Source: an uncultured Dehalococcoidia bacterium
Lineage (GTDB): Bacteria; Chloroflexota; Dehalococcoidia; Lucifugimonadales; GCA-2712585
DNA length: 64,000 nt
Assembly: GCA_964587385.1 (NCBI GenBank)
Contig: CAZPLA010000007.1
Location: 2,916 to 66,915, forward strand
Direction of reading: 5' to 3'
The notes under the pieces are model-generated. The model had not been told where the DNA came from. It saw nothing but the letters and a program-made list of their open reading frames with translations, and did not search any database. The translations under genes were made by a program, and so were the position numbers. This document shows positions 48,064 through 57,714 of this stretch, one piece after another; positions within the stretch are counted from its first letter, which is position 1; every line of letters begins with the position of its first letter.

Positions 48064-48992
48064 ACCTGATATGTCTCTTTGATGTTGCTGGAGGTAAGAA
48101 CGCTTATATGCTCTGGCGTAGTTCCGCAGCAGCCGCCGATTATTGTTGCTCCAGATGCAACCCATTCACGGGCGTATTCTAGATATTCCTGAGGATCAGC
48201 GTCCGACCCATCTAATCCACTACCTCTAATTCCTCCTCCATGTGCGTAAGCTCCTATCGGTAATGCTGTGTAATCCTTCAACTCTCGTAAGGCTTCGGCG
48301 GTCACACTTGGAGGTGAATGCATGATAAAAAATGCTTTTACATTGGGTGATGAACTAGCAGTGACCGCATCGGCTATAGTTTCTCCTCCATGCCGTCCCA
48401 TTAGTCCGAGGTAAATTTGGCCATCATGACTTTCACAAGATAGTCCAATCCAAATAGGAAGATCTGTTTCGTCAGCAGCGGTAATGGCAGCTTTGAGATC
48501 TATGGTTCTACTAAACATTTCCAACACGATGAGGTCTACGCCTTCTTCAGCTAGAATTCCTACTTGTTCGCGGTAATCGTCTAATGCCTCTTCATAAGAT
48601 GGGGTGATTTCTGGGAGACTTTTTGGTTCGAATGCTGAAATAGCACCGGCTATAACAACTGTTTCTTCAGCCCCACAATTTCTTCTTGCCTCCATGGCTG
48701 CTTGTACAGACTGCCTGTTTATTTTCTCTGTGTGTTGGGTTAGTCCGTCCTTTGCTAATGTTGCTCGACTGCTAGAAAAAGTATTGGTGATAATGATTTC
48801 AGCCCCTGCAAGGATGTAATCTCTATGTATATCCTGCACCAAATCAGGGCATTCAATGTTAGCGTTGGCTGACCAGGAAAGTTGTGGGTATATAGTGACC
48901 CCGCGTCGGGCCACCTCAGTTCCTGTACCTCCATCCATGATCACGATTTTTTTCTGATCCAATTCATCTTGTAAAGAACGCGCTACATTCAT
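48060..48992 (-). CDS. Homocysteine S-methyltransferase family protein
   Basis: IMDGGTGTE, IITNTF and the C-terminal zinc motif GGCCGTTPEHI. Confidence 0.85.
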   Translation of the reverse strand: MNVARSLQDELDQKKIVIMDGGTGTEVARRGVTIYPQLSWSANANIECPDLVQDIHRDYILAGAEIIITNTFSSSRATLAKDGLTQHTEKINRQSVQAAMEARRNCGAEETVVIAGAISAFEPKSLPEITPSYEEALDDYREQVGILAEEGVDLIVLEMFSRTIDLKAAITAADETDLPIWIGLSCESHDGQIYLGLMGRHGGETIADAVTASSSPNVKAFFIMHSPPSVTAEALRELKDYTALPIGAYAHGGGIRGSGLDGSDADPQEYLEYAREWVASGATIIGGCCGTTPEHISVLTSSNIKETYQV

Positions 48993-49062
48993 GTTTTAAT
49001 CTCCTTCTATAAATTATTACACTTAGCTATCTCTACCTAGGATGGTTTATGGTGTTTGAAGT

Positions 49063-49935
49063 TTATCCAATGCCTATCAAAAATACTCCAATAGTGATAA
49101 CGAGTGATCCGATTATCCGACCGATGCTCATTGATTCCTTTAAAATAATTGAACCGAGTATCAGGCTGAACACTATACCAATTTCTCTTGCTGGTGCAAC
49201 ATAACTAACTTTCGAAAGTTGTAATACACTAAGGATAGTTGCGTAAGTTCCAAATGCGAGCAAGGCTGCGGCAACGATTCGAATCTTGTTAGAGACCAAC
49301 TCTTTTTTTATAGCACTGGTTCCGTATTCACGGATTATATACGGAGCCAAACCTGATGCGGTTCCTAATGATAGGAGATACATGTATAACAGTGGATTTA
49401 CGTAGTTAATACCAACCTTGTCCCAAACAGAATACAGGGAAATTGTAAGTCCTGTGAGTAGAGCATATCTAACCCCGGGGTTCCTAAGGTATTTGAGTGG
49501 GTCATTAAATACCTCTGCAATTTGGCCCCACCAATATATTACGAAAATACCAACGACTACGGCCATGATTCCTAGTATTGCTAGCTCACTAATTGTTTCA
49601 CCAAGCAAGGTTATACCCAGAAAAGCGGTTAAAACAGGTCCAGTTCCACGAGCCAAAGGATAAACTAACGATAGGTCAGCATGCATATAGCTACGGCTCA
49701 GAAACAGGTAATACAAGATATGTATCAGAGAGGTGCCTAGTATAAACCACCACCCTGTACTTTCGATCCCATCATTCCAAATTAGAATTACAGCAATGGG
49801 TGCCAACATCACAGAGATAGTTATTTTGAGCCACCAAATGAATACCTCTTGGTTATGACTATTCTTTAGAAGTAAATTCCAAGAGGCATGAGTCAATCCA
49901 GAAAATAGAACTAGTGCTAGAGATAGCTCAGTCAT
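49063..49935 (-). CDS. EamA/DMT-family transporter
   Basis: 290 aa, 10 TM segments, a two-EamA-repeat architecture. Confidence 0.8.
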   Translation of the reverse strand: MTELSLALVLFSGLTHASWNLLLKNSHNQEVFIWWLKITISVMLAPIAVILIWNDGIESTGWWFILGTSLIHILYYLFLSRSYMHADLSLVYPLARGTGPVLTAFLGITLLGETISELAILGIMAVVVGIFVIYWWGQIAEVFNDPLKYLRNPGVRYALLTGLTISLYSVWDKVGINYVNPLLYMYLLSLGTASGLAPYIIREYGTSAIKKELVSNKIRIVAAALLAFGTYATILSVLQLSKVSYVAPAREIGIVFSLILGSIILKESMSIGRIIGSLVITIGVFLIGIG

Positions 49936-50069
49936 TCGTCGAAGTATAACAGACGAGATTGGAGTTCCTATTAGGCAAAATAAAATTCAATATTGGCAAG
50001 TATTTTTCAGCTCTAAATTTGTCGTTTAAGTGATAGTAATTGCTATCAACTATGATGTATAAGTAGGGC

Positions 50070-50585
50070 ATGAAATGCAGGGAATGTGGAAACGATATAC
50101 TCCAATCAGCACAATTCTGTGGAAACTGTGGAGCTTCCATAGATTATAACTTTCCTGAAGTTAATATCAGTCATAATACTCAGGTTGATTTCACAACAGC
50201 CATTGGGCTCGGGTTTAACCGTGTATTTGATTTCAGAGGACGATCTTCAAGGGCTGAATATTGGTGGTGGGTTCTATTTTCAGTGCTTGGTGATGTGATA
50301 TTGAGCATAGTTGATGTTGCCATGGGGACATATAACGCGCAAAGTGGAAGTGGTCTAATTTCTACAATTTTTGGCTTTTTTATATTGATTCCATCAATTG
50401 CATTGGGAGTTAGAAGATTACATGACATTAATAAATCTGGATGGTGGATGCTGATGTGGGCTGTTTTTTGGCTGGTTGTCCCATTCATAGTTTTGATTTG
50501 GTGGGCCATTAAGCCAAGCCACCGAGGAGCAAACAAGTATGGCCCAGACCCAACACTGGCTGGTGATCAAAACGAATCATTCTAG
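50070..50585 (+). CDS. Zinc-ribbon plus DUF805 membrane protein
   Basis: N-terminal CRECG...CGNCG ribbon. DUF805 hallmarks RGRSSRAEYWWW and RRLHDINKSGWW. Confidence 0.8.
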   Translation: MKCRECGNDILQSAQFCGNCGASIDYNFPEVNISHNTQVDFTTAIGLGFNRVFDFRGRSSRAEYWWWVLFSVLGDVILSIVDVAMGTYNAQSGSGLISTIFGFFILIPSIALGVRRLHDINKSGWWMLMWAVFWLVVPFIVLIWWAIKPSHRGANKYGPDPTLAGDQNESF

Positions 50586-50749
50586 TTTCCGTGATAATTA
50601 GACCATGACACAAGGTTGTTTGTTGTTTTTGCTGTTACTTTTTCTGTTTTTTGTTGGTTATTGTGTAGTTATAACTTCTATTACTAGGTTTGTTTAATTT
50701 ATATAAATTCGGTTAGGGCCCGTCTGATACACAGTTATGTATCTTTGTT

Positions 50750-51877
50750 TTAAAGTAGTTGCATGAAAATCTCTTTCACAGATTGGCGATTAAAGACTGT
50801 GGGAGATTTTAATAACCTTTCCCATTCGACGAACTCAAGCATTCGGTTAATTGCAGGTTCTGTTAGGTTCATACCTTCGAAGCTTGTACGCAGCCCAGAC
50901 TCCTTCATTATGAGAACCAGCGAATTTAATAAACCATCTAGGCTATTAACATTAAATGCGGCTAATAAAGGCTCCATTTTATCGGGCATGTTTGGTGCCA
51001 CTGCTCTAAGAACTAGGGGTAGTGTTATTCCGACTGATTCTCCATGATCCATATTATAAATTAAGGAGAGAGGAACACCGAGAGCATGGCAAACGTTTGG
51101 GCGAACATTGGAATATGCCACTCCTGAAATAGTAGCTGCATAAGCACAATTACTTCGAGCTGTTTTATCACTCGTGGTACAGGAGATGACAAGGTTATTT
51201 TTGAATAAACGAATAACTTCTAAATTAAGTTTTTCTGACATTGGGTGGGAGTCAGTTGACCAATAGGACTCAAAGGCACTGGTAAAGGCATCCATTCCAG
51301 TAGCTGCAGCAAGTTTCTTGGGCATTGTTAATGCTAAGTCAGGATCTACTAATGCAATAGTAGGAAACATATGCTGCCCGCTGAAGGCTAACTTTAGGGG
51401 TTGTTCAATGTCCCATAATGGGGCAAAGGGAGTAACCTCGCTGCTACTACCAGAAGTTGTAGGTATAGCTATAAAAGGCAAACTCTCACTGGACATCACT
51501 CGGACACCATTTAAATAGTCCATTGTTAATCCTTCTTGAGGAGCCAAGGTTGCTACAACTTTAGCTAAATCAAGGGCACTTCCTCCTCCTATTGCTACAA
51601 CGATATCTGCTTTTGAATATCTGCAATCTGTGATTGCCTGATCAACTAGTTCAGGGGAGGGGTAAGGTAAAACCTTATCAAACAAATGAAATTCTGTTGT
51701 AGAACAATCCTGAAAAATCCTTTCAAGTATTCCATGTCTTTTTAAAAAAGTGGTGCCGGTGACCAAAAAGACTTTACTATTTTTACCAACCTGTTCCTCT
51801 ATAAGACTTCCGAGCATGGCAAGTTTGCCAGATCCAAAATGTATCTGCGTGGGGTTGTACCAAGAAAGTTGTGACAT
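50750..51877 (-). CDS. Iron-containing alcohol dehydrogenase family protein
   Basis: GGGSALDLAKV and histidine-rich metal motifs. The ATG at 51877 gives the typical N-terminus MSQLSWYNPTQIHFG and lies 6 nt after a TATAAT (plus-strand coordinates 51884-51889). The ORF track starts at 51895. Confidence 0.85.
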   Translation of the reverse strand: MSQLSWYNPTQIHFGSGKLAMLGSLIEEQVGKNSKVFLVTGTTFLKRHGILERIFQDCSTTEFHLFDKVLPYPSPELVDQAITDCRYSKADIVVAIGGGSALDLAKVVATLAPQEGLTMDYLNGVRVMSSESLPFIAIPTTSGSSSEVTPFAPLWDIEQPLKLAFSGQHMFPTIALVDPDLALTMPKKLAAATGMDAFTSAFESYWSTDSHPMSEKLNLEVIRLFKNNLVISCTTSDKTARSNCAYAATISGVAYSNVRPNVCHALGVPLSLIYNMDHGESVGITLPLVLRAVAPNMPDKMEPLLAAFNVNSLDGLLNSLVLIMKESGLRTSFEGMNLTEPAINRMLEFVEWERLLKSPTVFNRQSVKEIFMQLL

Positions 51878-52019
51878 TCGTTTATTATAAACCATGACGA
51901 ACTATAGTATGGCATCGATAATTTCTTCAGTCTGGCCATATGAATTATGAGAGAGTGAGATTGCATCGAACCTAACGCCCTATTGGTTATAGAATGGTAT
52001 TAGGTGTATAAAAGACTTT

Positions 52020-52244
52020 ATGGAAGATTTCTCATATCAATATCACCCCGAAGAGCAAAGAGAAGGAAAAGCATGGGGAATAATATTGCTTCGTATTTTG
52101 ATGGCAGTAGTTTTTATTGTTCCCTTCTTTCTTGGATTAGGATTCTGTACAAGCGACCCTACAGATACGGTTGATCTGATTGAGCAAAATCTTCCTCGGG
52201 AACTTCCGTACTATCAATCTGATGAGGATATAGTCTATAGGTAA
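52020..52244 (+). CDS. Hypothetical single-TM protein
   Basis: 74-aa ORF. The ATG lies 7 nt after tgTATAAA (52005-52012). Confidence 0.45.
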   Translation: MEDFSYQYHPEEQREGKAWGIILLRILMAVVFIVPFFLGLGFCTSDPTDTVDLIEQNLPRELPYYQSDEDIVYR

Positions 52245-52388
52245 CCAACGAAGGTTCATCACCACATTTAAAACGATGGCATTTTTAATAAATTGGCGAG
52301 ACGCAGAGATCTTAAGTTGAAAGTAGTTTTTCACATTGATACAATAATTGCCGATTTCAAATCTAGGTTATAGGGGCAAGTTCTATTT

Positions 52389-53942
52389 ATGGCTTTTCAA
52401 AAATCGAAGACAATGATTATGTGCATCTCGCTTTTAACGATTTTGTTAGGGACTGTTTCATGTTCAGGGGGGTCGGAAGTAGAAACCGTAGAGGTCGCGG
52501 CTGTATCACCGACAGCAACGCCGATGCCTGCACCAACAGCAACGGCAATGCCTGCACCGACAGCAACGGCGATGCCTGCACCGACAGCTACGGCGATGCC
52601 TGCACCGACAGCTACACCAAAGCCTCCGGTCCCGACGTCAGCTCCGACGGCAACCGCTACACCTCGACCTACCCCTACAGCTACACCTAGGCCAACCCCT
52701 ACGGCAACGCCTGTACCACCAACTCCTACGCCTACACCAACACCTGTTCCTCTACCCAGCACTGATCTTTTTACTAGTTTCTCGGCATGTGGTTGGGATT
52801 CAAGTTATGCGATTGATAACGGCTCTCTGTTTCTTTCATCAACTGAAACCCCAGGAAGTAAGTCTGTTGGGAGTTTAAATTTGGATTTCATGCCTTCTAT
52901 GGTTGGTCAGACACATTCTAATCTTAAAAACCAATCTTTAGGTTTTTCTTTTCATGACTATACCAGGACGGAACTAGATATAAATAAAGGCACACATGTG
53001 GTGGCTATACGTGCTGGAAAAACGCCATTCAAGTTGGATTTAAACATAGCTGTATCAGGGAAAGGATCAGATGGCAACTCATGTTCGACTACAATTAAGG
53101 AGCAGTTTACTCGCAGCAATGATTTTTATCCCAGCGCAGAATTGTCTATACCCAGTAACGCTATCCCAGACACGGACAAATACAAACCATTTTCAATACC
53201 GGCACCGACAGCTCAAGCTTTATTCTTAGCTACATCGCAGAGTAACTATGACGACAATTATGGAAAAGTCCGTGTTAATAATATTGAAGGTTATTTTGTA
53301 AAGAAGTCTCCTAGCACTCTAAGGGTTGGTCTTTTTGGAGACGTCAAATCTGAGGACTATGAAACAATGCGTGATTATCTTGAAGTCCTTGCAGTAGTAG
53401 CTCCTGATTTAGATATAGCTTGGGCAAATAACATTTCGGAAGTCACGTTGCCGATACATTTGCTTTCATGTACTGAGCTCATAAATGAGACTGTTGACCA
53501 GCATTGCAACACGTCCGGCCCATCTGGTGGATTTTCGGATCAGTGGGGTTTGGGCAATCTTGCGACAGGGTGGGGTTTCATTCGTGTATCAGATCAGCAA
53601 ATGGGATCCAGGCATACGTTAACCCATGAGCTTGGACATGCTATGGGTCTTTGGCATTCTGGAGTTGATAAGACTAGCATGGGGCCACCAAATGACCAGG
53701 CTGGCAACTGGGCTGCGCAGGATTTAATGGTTGTCGCTTTAATCCATAATTCTGCTGTGGTATCAGGTCAGACCCGTGAAGAAATTAAAGTTGCATTTAA
53801 TATAGCGGATGATGAATTGCAGGGCTTCATTAACAATCCTTCTACATTGTCAAATACGCCTGACGCTGCTTGGGTTGAGCTTGGAGATAAGCTTAAGCCC
53901 CAATTCTATACCTCATCGATGGGGAAACGGTTAGGAAGATAA
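52389..53942 (+). CDS. Lipoprotein with a Pro/Thr/Ala repeat linker and a metzincin-type zinc protease motif
   Basis: Signal plus lipobox (LLGTVSC), about 95 aa of PAPTATAM / PRPTPTAT repeats, and HELGHAMGLWH (HExxHxxGxxH, 53625-53657) followed by a candidate Met-turn (KTSMG). Confidence 0.8.
   Translation: MAFQKSKTMIMCISLLTILLGTVSCSGGSEVETVEVAAVSPTATPMPAPTATAMPAPTATAMPAPTATAMPAPTATPKPPVPTSAPTATATPRPTPTATPRPTPTATPVPPTPTPTPTPVPLPSTDLFTSFSACGWDSSYAIDNGSLFLSSTETPGSKSVGSLNLDFMPSMVGQTHSNLKNQSLGFSFHDYTRTELDINKGTHVVAIRAGKTPFKLDLNIAVSGKGSDGNSCSTTIKEQFTRSNDFYPSAELSIPSNAIPDTDKYKPFSIPAPTAQALFLATSQSNYDDNYGKVRVNNIEGYFVKKSPSTLRVGLFGDVKSEDYETMRDYLEVLAVVAPDLDIAWANNISEVTLPIHLLSCTELINETVDQHCNTSGPSGGFSDQWGLGNLATGWGFIRVSDQQMGSRHTLTHELGHAMGLWHSGVDKTSMGPPNDQAGNWAAQDLMVVALIHNSAVVSGQTREEIKVAFNIADDELQGFINNPSTLSNTPDAAWVELGDKLKPQFYTSSMGKRLGR
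52509..52628 (+). repeat. Tandem 24-nt repeat, five units, in frame within the metzincin lipoprotein gene
   Basis: Units begin at 52509, 52533, 52557, 52581 and 52605 (ccgacagcaacggcgatgcctgca and close variants) and encode PTATAMPA repeats. Confidence 0.9.
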
Positions 53943-54359
53943 TGAGTAAACGTGAGTAAAATATAATTCGTTCTAATTTGCAACTGCTATGCTAGGTCAA
54001 CACAAGATAGAAGGTCTAGTATTATGCGAATGCAAAGCAAGAAACGAAAATATGACAGCCTCGACGAATTTATGAAAGCTCACTTGGGCCCTGCAAAATT
54101 TGAATTGTGGCAGCTAGCCATGGCTGAATACGATAAGCTAATAAGCCAAGGTAATATAGATTAATTCTGTTTACGTCCACGACCACTCTTGTCTGAAATA
54201 AAGTCTGCCAACTCATTTAAATTTTGACCTTCTCCACCTGACACTTAAGATGTTTGATATCGATTCCAGATGGGTTTTCTAGGTGTTTGGTATTAATCAA
54301 CAATTGAATTACAATTTGCAGACTAATACGTATAACAGAATTATTTTTAGGAGGGCGAT

Positions 54360-54671
54360 TTGATTACACAAAGGCGAATATTTCAGGCAAAAATTGGACA
54401 GGCTGGACAGGTAGTGCAAAAGATGAAAGAGTTCCAACCTGCATTCGAGAAGTTTGGTGGTTCAACGACTCGTGTTTACACTGACTTCTTTAGTGGGAAC
54501 ACTGATCGAGTGGTTTGGGAGTTCGATGCTGAAAGCTTGGGTGAGTTAGAGAGAGTTTTTTTGGCAGCAGGACAAGACCCAGATTACCAGAAGGCATTCG
54601 AAAGTTGGTACGAAGGCTTGAAGCCTCTTGTTGAAGTCGCAACTGTGGAGCTTTGGAATAGGGAGATTTAA
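54360..54671 (+). CDS. Small alpha/beta-barrel (NIPSNAP/Dabb-like) hypothetical protein
   Basis: 103 aa. TTG start 4 nt after AGGAGGG. The fold call is tentative. Confidence 0.5.
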   Translation: MITQRRIFQAKIGQAGQVVQKMKEFQPAFEKFGGSTTRVYTDFFSGNTDRVVWEFDAESLGELERVFLAAGQDPDYQKAFESWYEGLKPLVEVATVELWNREI

Positions 54672-54730
54672 CTTTATAGAACGTCTTTGGTTAGTGGTGA
54701 GGTAGGCTGGTGTGAGCTTGGGGCTTATAA

Positions 54731-55951
54731 GTGGCAATAATGCGTGCATATATATTAATAAGCTTAATAAGTATGTTAGTGGTAGCTGGGTGTGGCTCAA
54801 CCTCTGATGAGACTATAGTTCCTAATCAAGACATTAAAATAGTCGAAGTGGACCCGTCGGGTTCTTCTGTTCAACCTACCAAAGAACCAACAAACACACC
54901 AGACCCAACATCTACATCTACACCTACTCCTACCCCTACACCTACTCCTACTCCTACCCCTACCAGCAATCCTTCTAAGACACACATTCCTGTTCAACCT
55001 ACCAAAGAACCAACAGGCACGCCCAAGCCAACATTTACACCAACCAGAATGCCTACTGCGACCGCACTACCTGATGAGGAATTAGATATACCGAATGATT
55101 CAATCTCAGAGATTAAATCCTTGCCCGATGAATTGACTGAAACTTTTGAATTTCAGATCGCCCAAGAGATAACTGGTAAAAAGATAGGAAGAAGAGTGAG
55201 AATTGAAATTCCATCTGATTTTGACCCTGGCAAAACTTATCCGATCTTGTTCCTTTTTCATGGAATGGGAGGAAGGATCGAAGGACTTTCTAACTATAAC
55301 CAAAAAAGAGGTACATCTGCGGAATCCATATGTAGAGGAAATTGCATAGGTGTGATACCTCAGGGACACCTTAGTCCATGGAATCTTCCTTCATGGAATC
55401 TTGCCGTACAGGGGGTAAATGACGGACTTGAATCAAATGCTGATGACGTGGCTTTTGTTGAGGCTATAATTAAAGAGCTTTCGAAATATCCTCAGATTAA
55501 TACATCCAAGGTTTTTGGTATCGGGTATTCCAATGGGGCAGGAATGGTACAAATTCTGGCTGCCGAATCAGATTTATTTCAGGGAGTAGCGGCTTTTGCT
55601 ACTAATCTAATACACGGACGCGAACCAAAAAACAAAGAGCATAAAGTTATGGTTCTTCAATTTCACGGGATGAGGGACTTGGTTATCCCTTATAACGGAG
55701 GACTATCTATACAGGGACACGTTTTCGTCGATGCAGAAAAAAGCGCGAGAATTTGGGCTGAACACAACGAATGCGATTTGAAGCCAAGTGTCAATATATC
55801 TCTAGAGGGAGATAAAACGATCGAATATTCTAATTGTGGTGAAGGGAAGAAAGTTTTTCATATTGGCGTAAAAAATGGAAGGCATGATGTAGCTAGGCCT
55901 AATAAAGAATATTTGGATATTACTTGGTCTTTATTTGAAACGCTTCTGTAA
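54731..55951 (+). CDS. Lipoprotein with a Pro/Thr linker and a C-terminal alpha/beta-hydrolase (PHB-depolymerase/LpqC-type esterase) domain
   Basis: Lipobox VVAGC, the (TP)n linker, YPILFLFHGMGG and the nucleophile elbow GIGYSNGAGM. An alternative ATG start lies at 54740. Confidence 0.8.
   Translation: MAIMRAYILISLISMLVVAGCGSTSDETIVPNQDIKIVEVDPSGSSVQPTKEPTNTPDPTSTSTPTPTPTPTPTPTPTSNPSKTHIPVQPTKEPTGTPKPTFTPTRMPTATALPDEELDIPNDSISEIKSLPDELTETFEFQIAQEITGKKIGRRVRIEIPSDFDPGKTYPILFLFHGMGGRIEGLSNYNQKRGTSAESICRGNCIGVIPQGHLSPWNLPSWNLAVQGVNDGLESNADDVAFVEAIIKELSKYPQINTSKVFGIGYSNGAGMVQILAAESDLFQGVAAFATNLIHGREPKNKEHKVMVLQFHGMRDLVIPYNGGLSIQGHVFVDAEKSARIWAEHNECDLKPSVNISLEGDKTIEYSNCGEGKKVFHIGVKNGRHDVARPNKEYLDITWSLFETLL
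54867..55015 (+). repeat. 26-nt exact direct repeat pair flanking a (TP)n-coding microsatellite-like tract
   Basis: ctgttcaacctaccaaagaaccaaca occurs at 54867-54892 and 54990-55015 and encodes VQPTKEPT. Between the copies lies cctactcctacccctaca..., encoding TPTPTPTP. Confidence 0.85.
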
Positions 55952-56014
55952 GGTCTACATATTATTCTAGATGGGTGGCAAGAAACGACAATATTAGAGC
56001 CCTGAATAATAAAG

Positions 56015-56905
56015 TTAGGGGTTATTTCCAGGAAGATATTTTGCCAGCGTAGTAATTGTATGTAATAAATCACGGTCCTTGTCTAAGGACTCAGGTGTTT
56101 CTCTAGCAAATGGTGTTTTATTCAAAAGGTCAAAGATTTCTGCAGCTCCTCTGTGGAAATTACCCGTAACTCCAACTTGCTCAAAGGAATTGGCAATTTC
56201 TTTCATTTCTCCTACCCACCGACCAGCTTTAACTGGAAGGGAAGGGAGAGATGTGTTCATTTTTCGATAAGCATCTGATTGGCTATTTAGGAACTCATCC
56301 TTAAGTTCTTCGGATAACCCCATGGCTTCCGCAGCTGTTAGTAGAGCCAGGTAGAGAGCGCTTGTTCCTTTTGTCAGGGCTGCATAGCACATTTTAATAG
56401 CTGAAGCTCTACCTATGATGTTTCCAAGTGGCTTGATGTCTAGATCTGCTTTGTCTAAAGCAATCATCATTTCGGCGTTGGGTCCAGATACATAAAACCT
56501 AGGAGGAATTCCACGTCCAGGTGGAGAGCCAATTATCGAAGCGTCAATGAATTCACTTCCGGCATTTGTAATAATTTCGTTAATCATTTGTGTAGAGTTT
56601 GGTGAAATCGCGTTGCAGTCAGCATAAGTTGTTGTTTGGTTTGTGGATCTAAGAGCAGAAGCTACTTCTTTTGCAACAAATATTGCTTGAGAAGGGACTA
56701 AAATTGATAGTATAAGGTCAGCTTTTGTTACAAGGGATTCAAGGGTAGGTTCCTCTTTAATCATCCCAAGTTTTGAGAGTTTTCTGGTTCGTTTACTTCG
56801 GCCTTTGAGATATGTAATAACGTCGAATCCGTGATTAACCAAAGTTAATCCAACAGCATGTCCCATGTCTCCGGGGCTTAGTATTGCGATAGTTTGTAAT
56901 GGCAT
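56015..56905 (-). CDS. NAD(P)-dependent oxidoreductase (6-phosphogluconate/beta-hydroxyacid dehydrogenase-like, DUF1932-type C-terminus)
   Basis: Rossmann motif IAILSPGDMGHAVG. The ATG at 56905 lies 6 nt after the SD AAGGAG (plus-strand coordinates 56912-56917). The ORF track extends to 56950. Confidence 0.8.
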   Translation of the reverse strand: MPLQTIAILSPGDMGHAVGLTLVNHGFDVITYLKGRSKRTRKLSKLGMIKEEPTLESLVTKADLILSILVPSQAIFVAKEVASALRSTNQTTTYADCNAISPNSTQMINEIITNAGSEFIDASIIGSPPGRGIPPRFYVSGPNAEMMIALDKADLDIKPLGNIIGRASAIKMCYAALTKGTSALYLALLTAAEAMGLSEELKDEFLNSQSDAYRKMNTSLPSLPVKAGRWVGEMKEIANSFEQVGVTGNFHRGAAEIFDLLNKTPFARETPESLDKDRDLLHTITTLAKYLPGNNP

Positions 56906-56918
56906 GGGGTTCTCCTTC

Positions 56919-57308
56919 TTATAATAATTTCCTCGACGAATACCCCTCATTCATGTTATGCCAGTACCGTATTGAATCTTCTCCATAAATCCAACATAAA
57001 AATACATTCTCTTCATCCTGGATAGAAGAAAAATCGACTAACCCTGACTTTAAGTCTCTAACTATGATTCCTTTATCCTGGATTCTTTGAACGATTTCAG
57101 TAATTGACTTTGTGTATTCGGCAGCGGACTTCTGAGCTGTTTTTAGACTACTGATATGACCGTTACTACCATTAAGTCTTAATTTTTCCTTTATCTTGTT
57201 TTCGGCTTCATCCAATTTTTCAATCAGCCGAAAAATTTTTTGGAATTCAGATTCCAACCATGGTAGTAATGCCGAAGCCTCTTCTCTGGTGAAAAAGTGT
57301 GTTTCCAT
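56919..57308 (-). CDS. DUF2203-family protein
   Basis: FFTREEASALLPWL...GIIVRDLKSGLVDF...VFLCWIYGEDSIRYWH. Confidence 0.7.
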   Translation of the reverse strand: METHFFTREEASALLPWLESEFQKIFRLIEKLDEAENKIKEKLRLNGSNGHISSLKTAQKSAAEYTKSITEIVQRIQDKGIIVRDLKSGLVDFSSIQDEENVFLCWIYGEDSIRYWHNMNEGYSSRKLL

Positions 57309-57385
57309 GAGGAGTACTTTAACTTAGCTTATGCAATCCTGGGAACCCCTATATGTAAATTGAACAGTGGCATATGCATAAATTT

Positions 57386-57404
57386 CGAAATAGGTGTATA
57401 AATA
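57386..57404 (+). promoter_or_regulatory. 19-nt promoter-like element cgaaataggtgtataaata (copy 1), upstream of the 57439 gene
   Basis: It contains TG plus a TATAAA -10-like box about 35 nt before the ATG at 57439, whose SD is AGGGAG. It is identical to the copy at 58282-58300. Confidence 0.45.
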
Positions 57405-57438
57405 TGCATGATAATTAACTTAGTCAGGGAGTTTACTA

Positions 57439-57714
57439 ATGAGCGTTAAAATAATTGTTTCTTTCGATGTAGTGGACGTTGATAGTTTTATGTCTGGATT
57501 TGCTACTGGTGTCCATGCACGAAACGAATCTGGGATTACTGCAGAGGCTTTTTCGAATATGGATACTCCTAATAATATTGTAGTTATTGCTTCTGCACCT
57601 TCCAAAGAAGCTTTTACTAAGTTTTTTACAGCCCCTGCTGCGCAAGACAGGATGAAAAATGCTGGAATTAGCACACCACCGAATATAACATTCTTAGAAT
57701 CTAAGTCAATCTGA
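57439..57714 (+). CDS. Small hypothetical protein (possibly a ferredoxin-like alpha/beta barrel)
   Basis: 91 aa with an SD AGGGAG 9 nt upstream and a globular-looking sequence. I prefer it over the overlapping minus-strand ORF 57420..57764. Confidence 0.55.
   Translation: MSVKIIVSFDVVDVDSFMSGFATGVHARNESGITAEAFSNMDTPNNIVVIASAPSKEAFTKFFTAPAAQDRMKNAGISTPPNITFLESKSI

Noticed and set aside
50586-50749. T/G-rich tract with a possible 30-aa hydrophobic peptide (ATG at 50605) between convergent genes
   Set aside because: It has no SD, sits in low-complexity sequence in a convergent terminator-like gap, and cannot be distinguished from chance.
52509-52628. Possible CRISPR array suggested by regularly spaced repeats
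   Set aside because: The units are directly adjacent with no spacers and sit in frame inside a CDS. No cas genes are nearby.
52397-52762. 121-aa minus-strand ORF (GVGVGVG...) and the 89-aa + strand ORF at 52421..52690
   Set aside because: Both are alternative-frame readings of the tandem repeats that encode the Pro/Thr/Ala linker of the metzincin lipoprotein. They show low complexity, no start context, and lie fully inside a better-supported gene.
54024-54250. A 47-aa + strand ORF (54024-54164) and a 27-aa minus-strand ORF sharing a TTAA at their stops, in the 417-nt gap after the metzincin gene
   Set aside because: Both are very short, lack convincing SDs and have no recognisable motif. 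They are noted only as a place to look in expression data.
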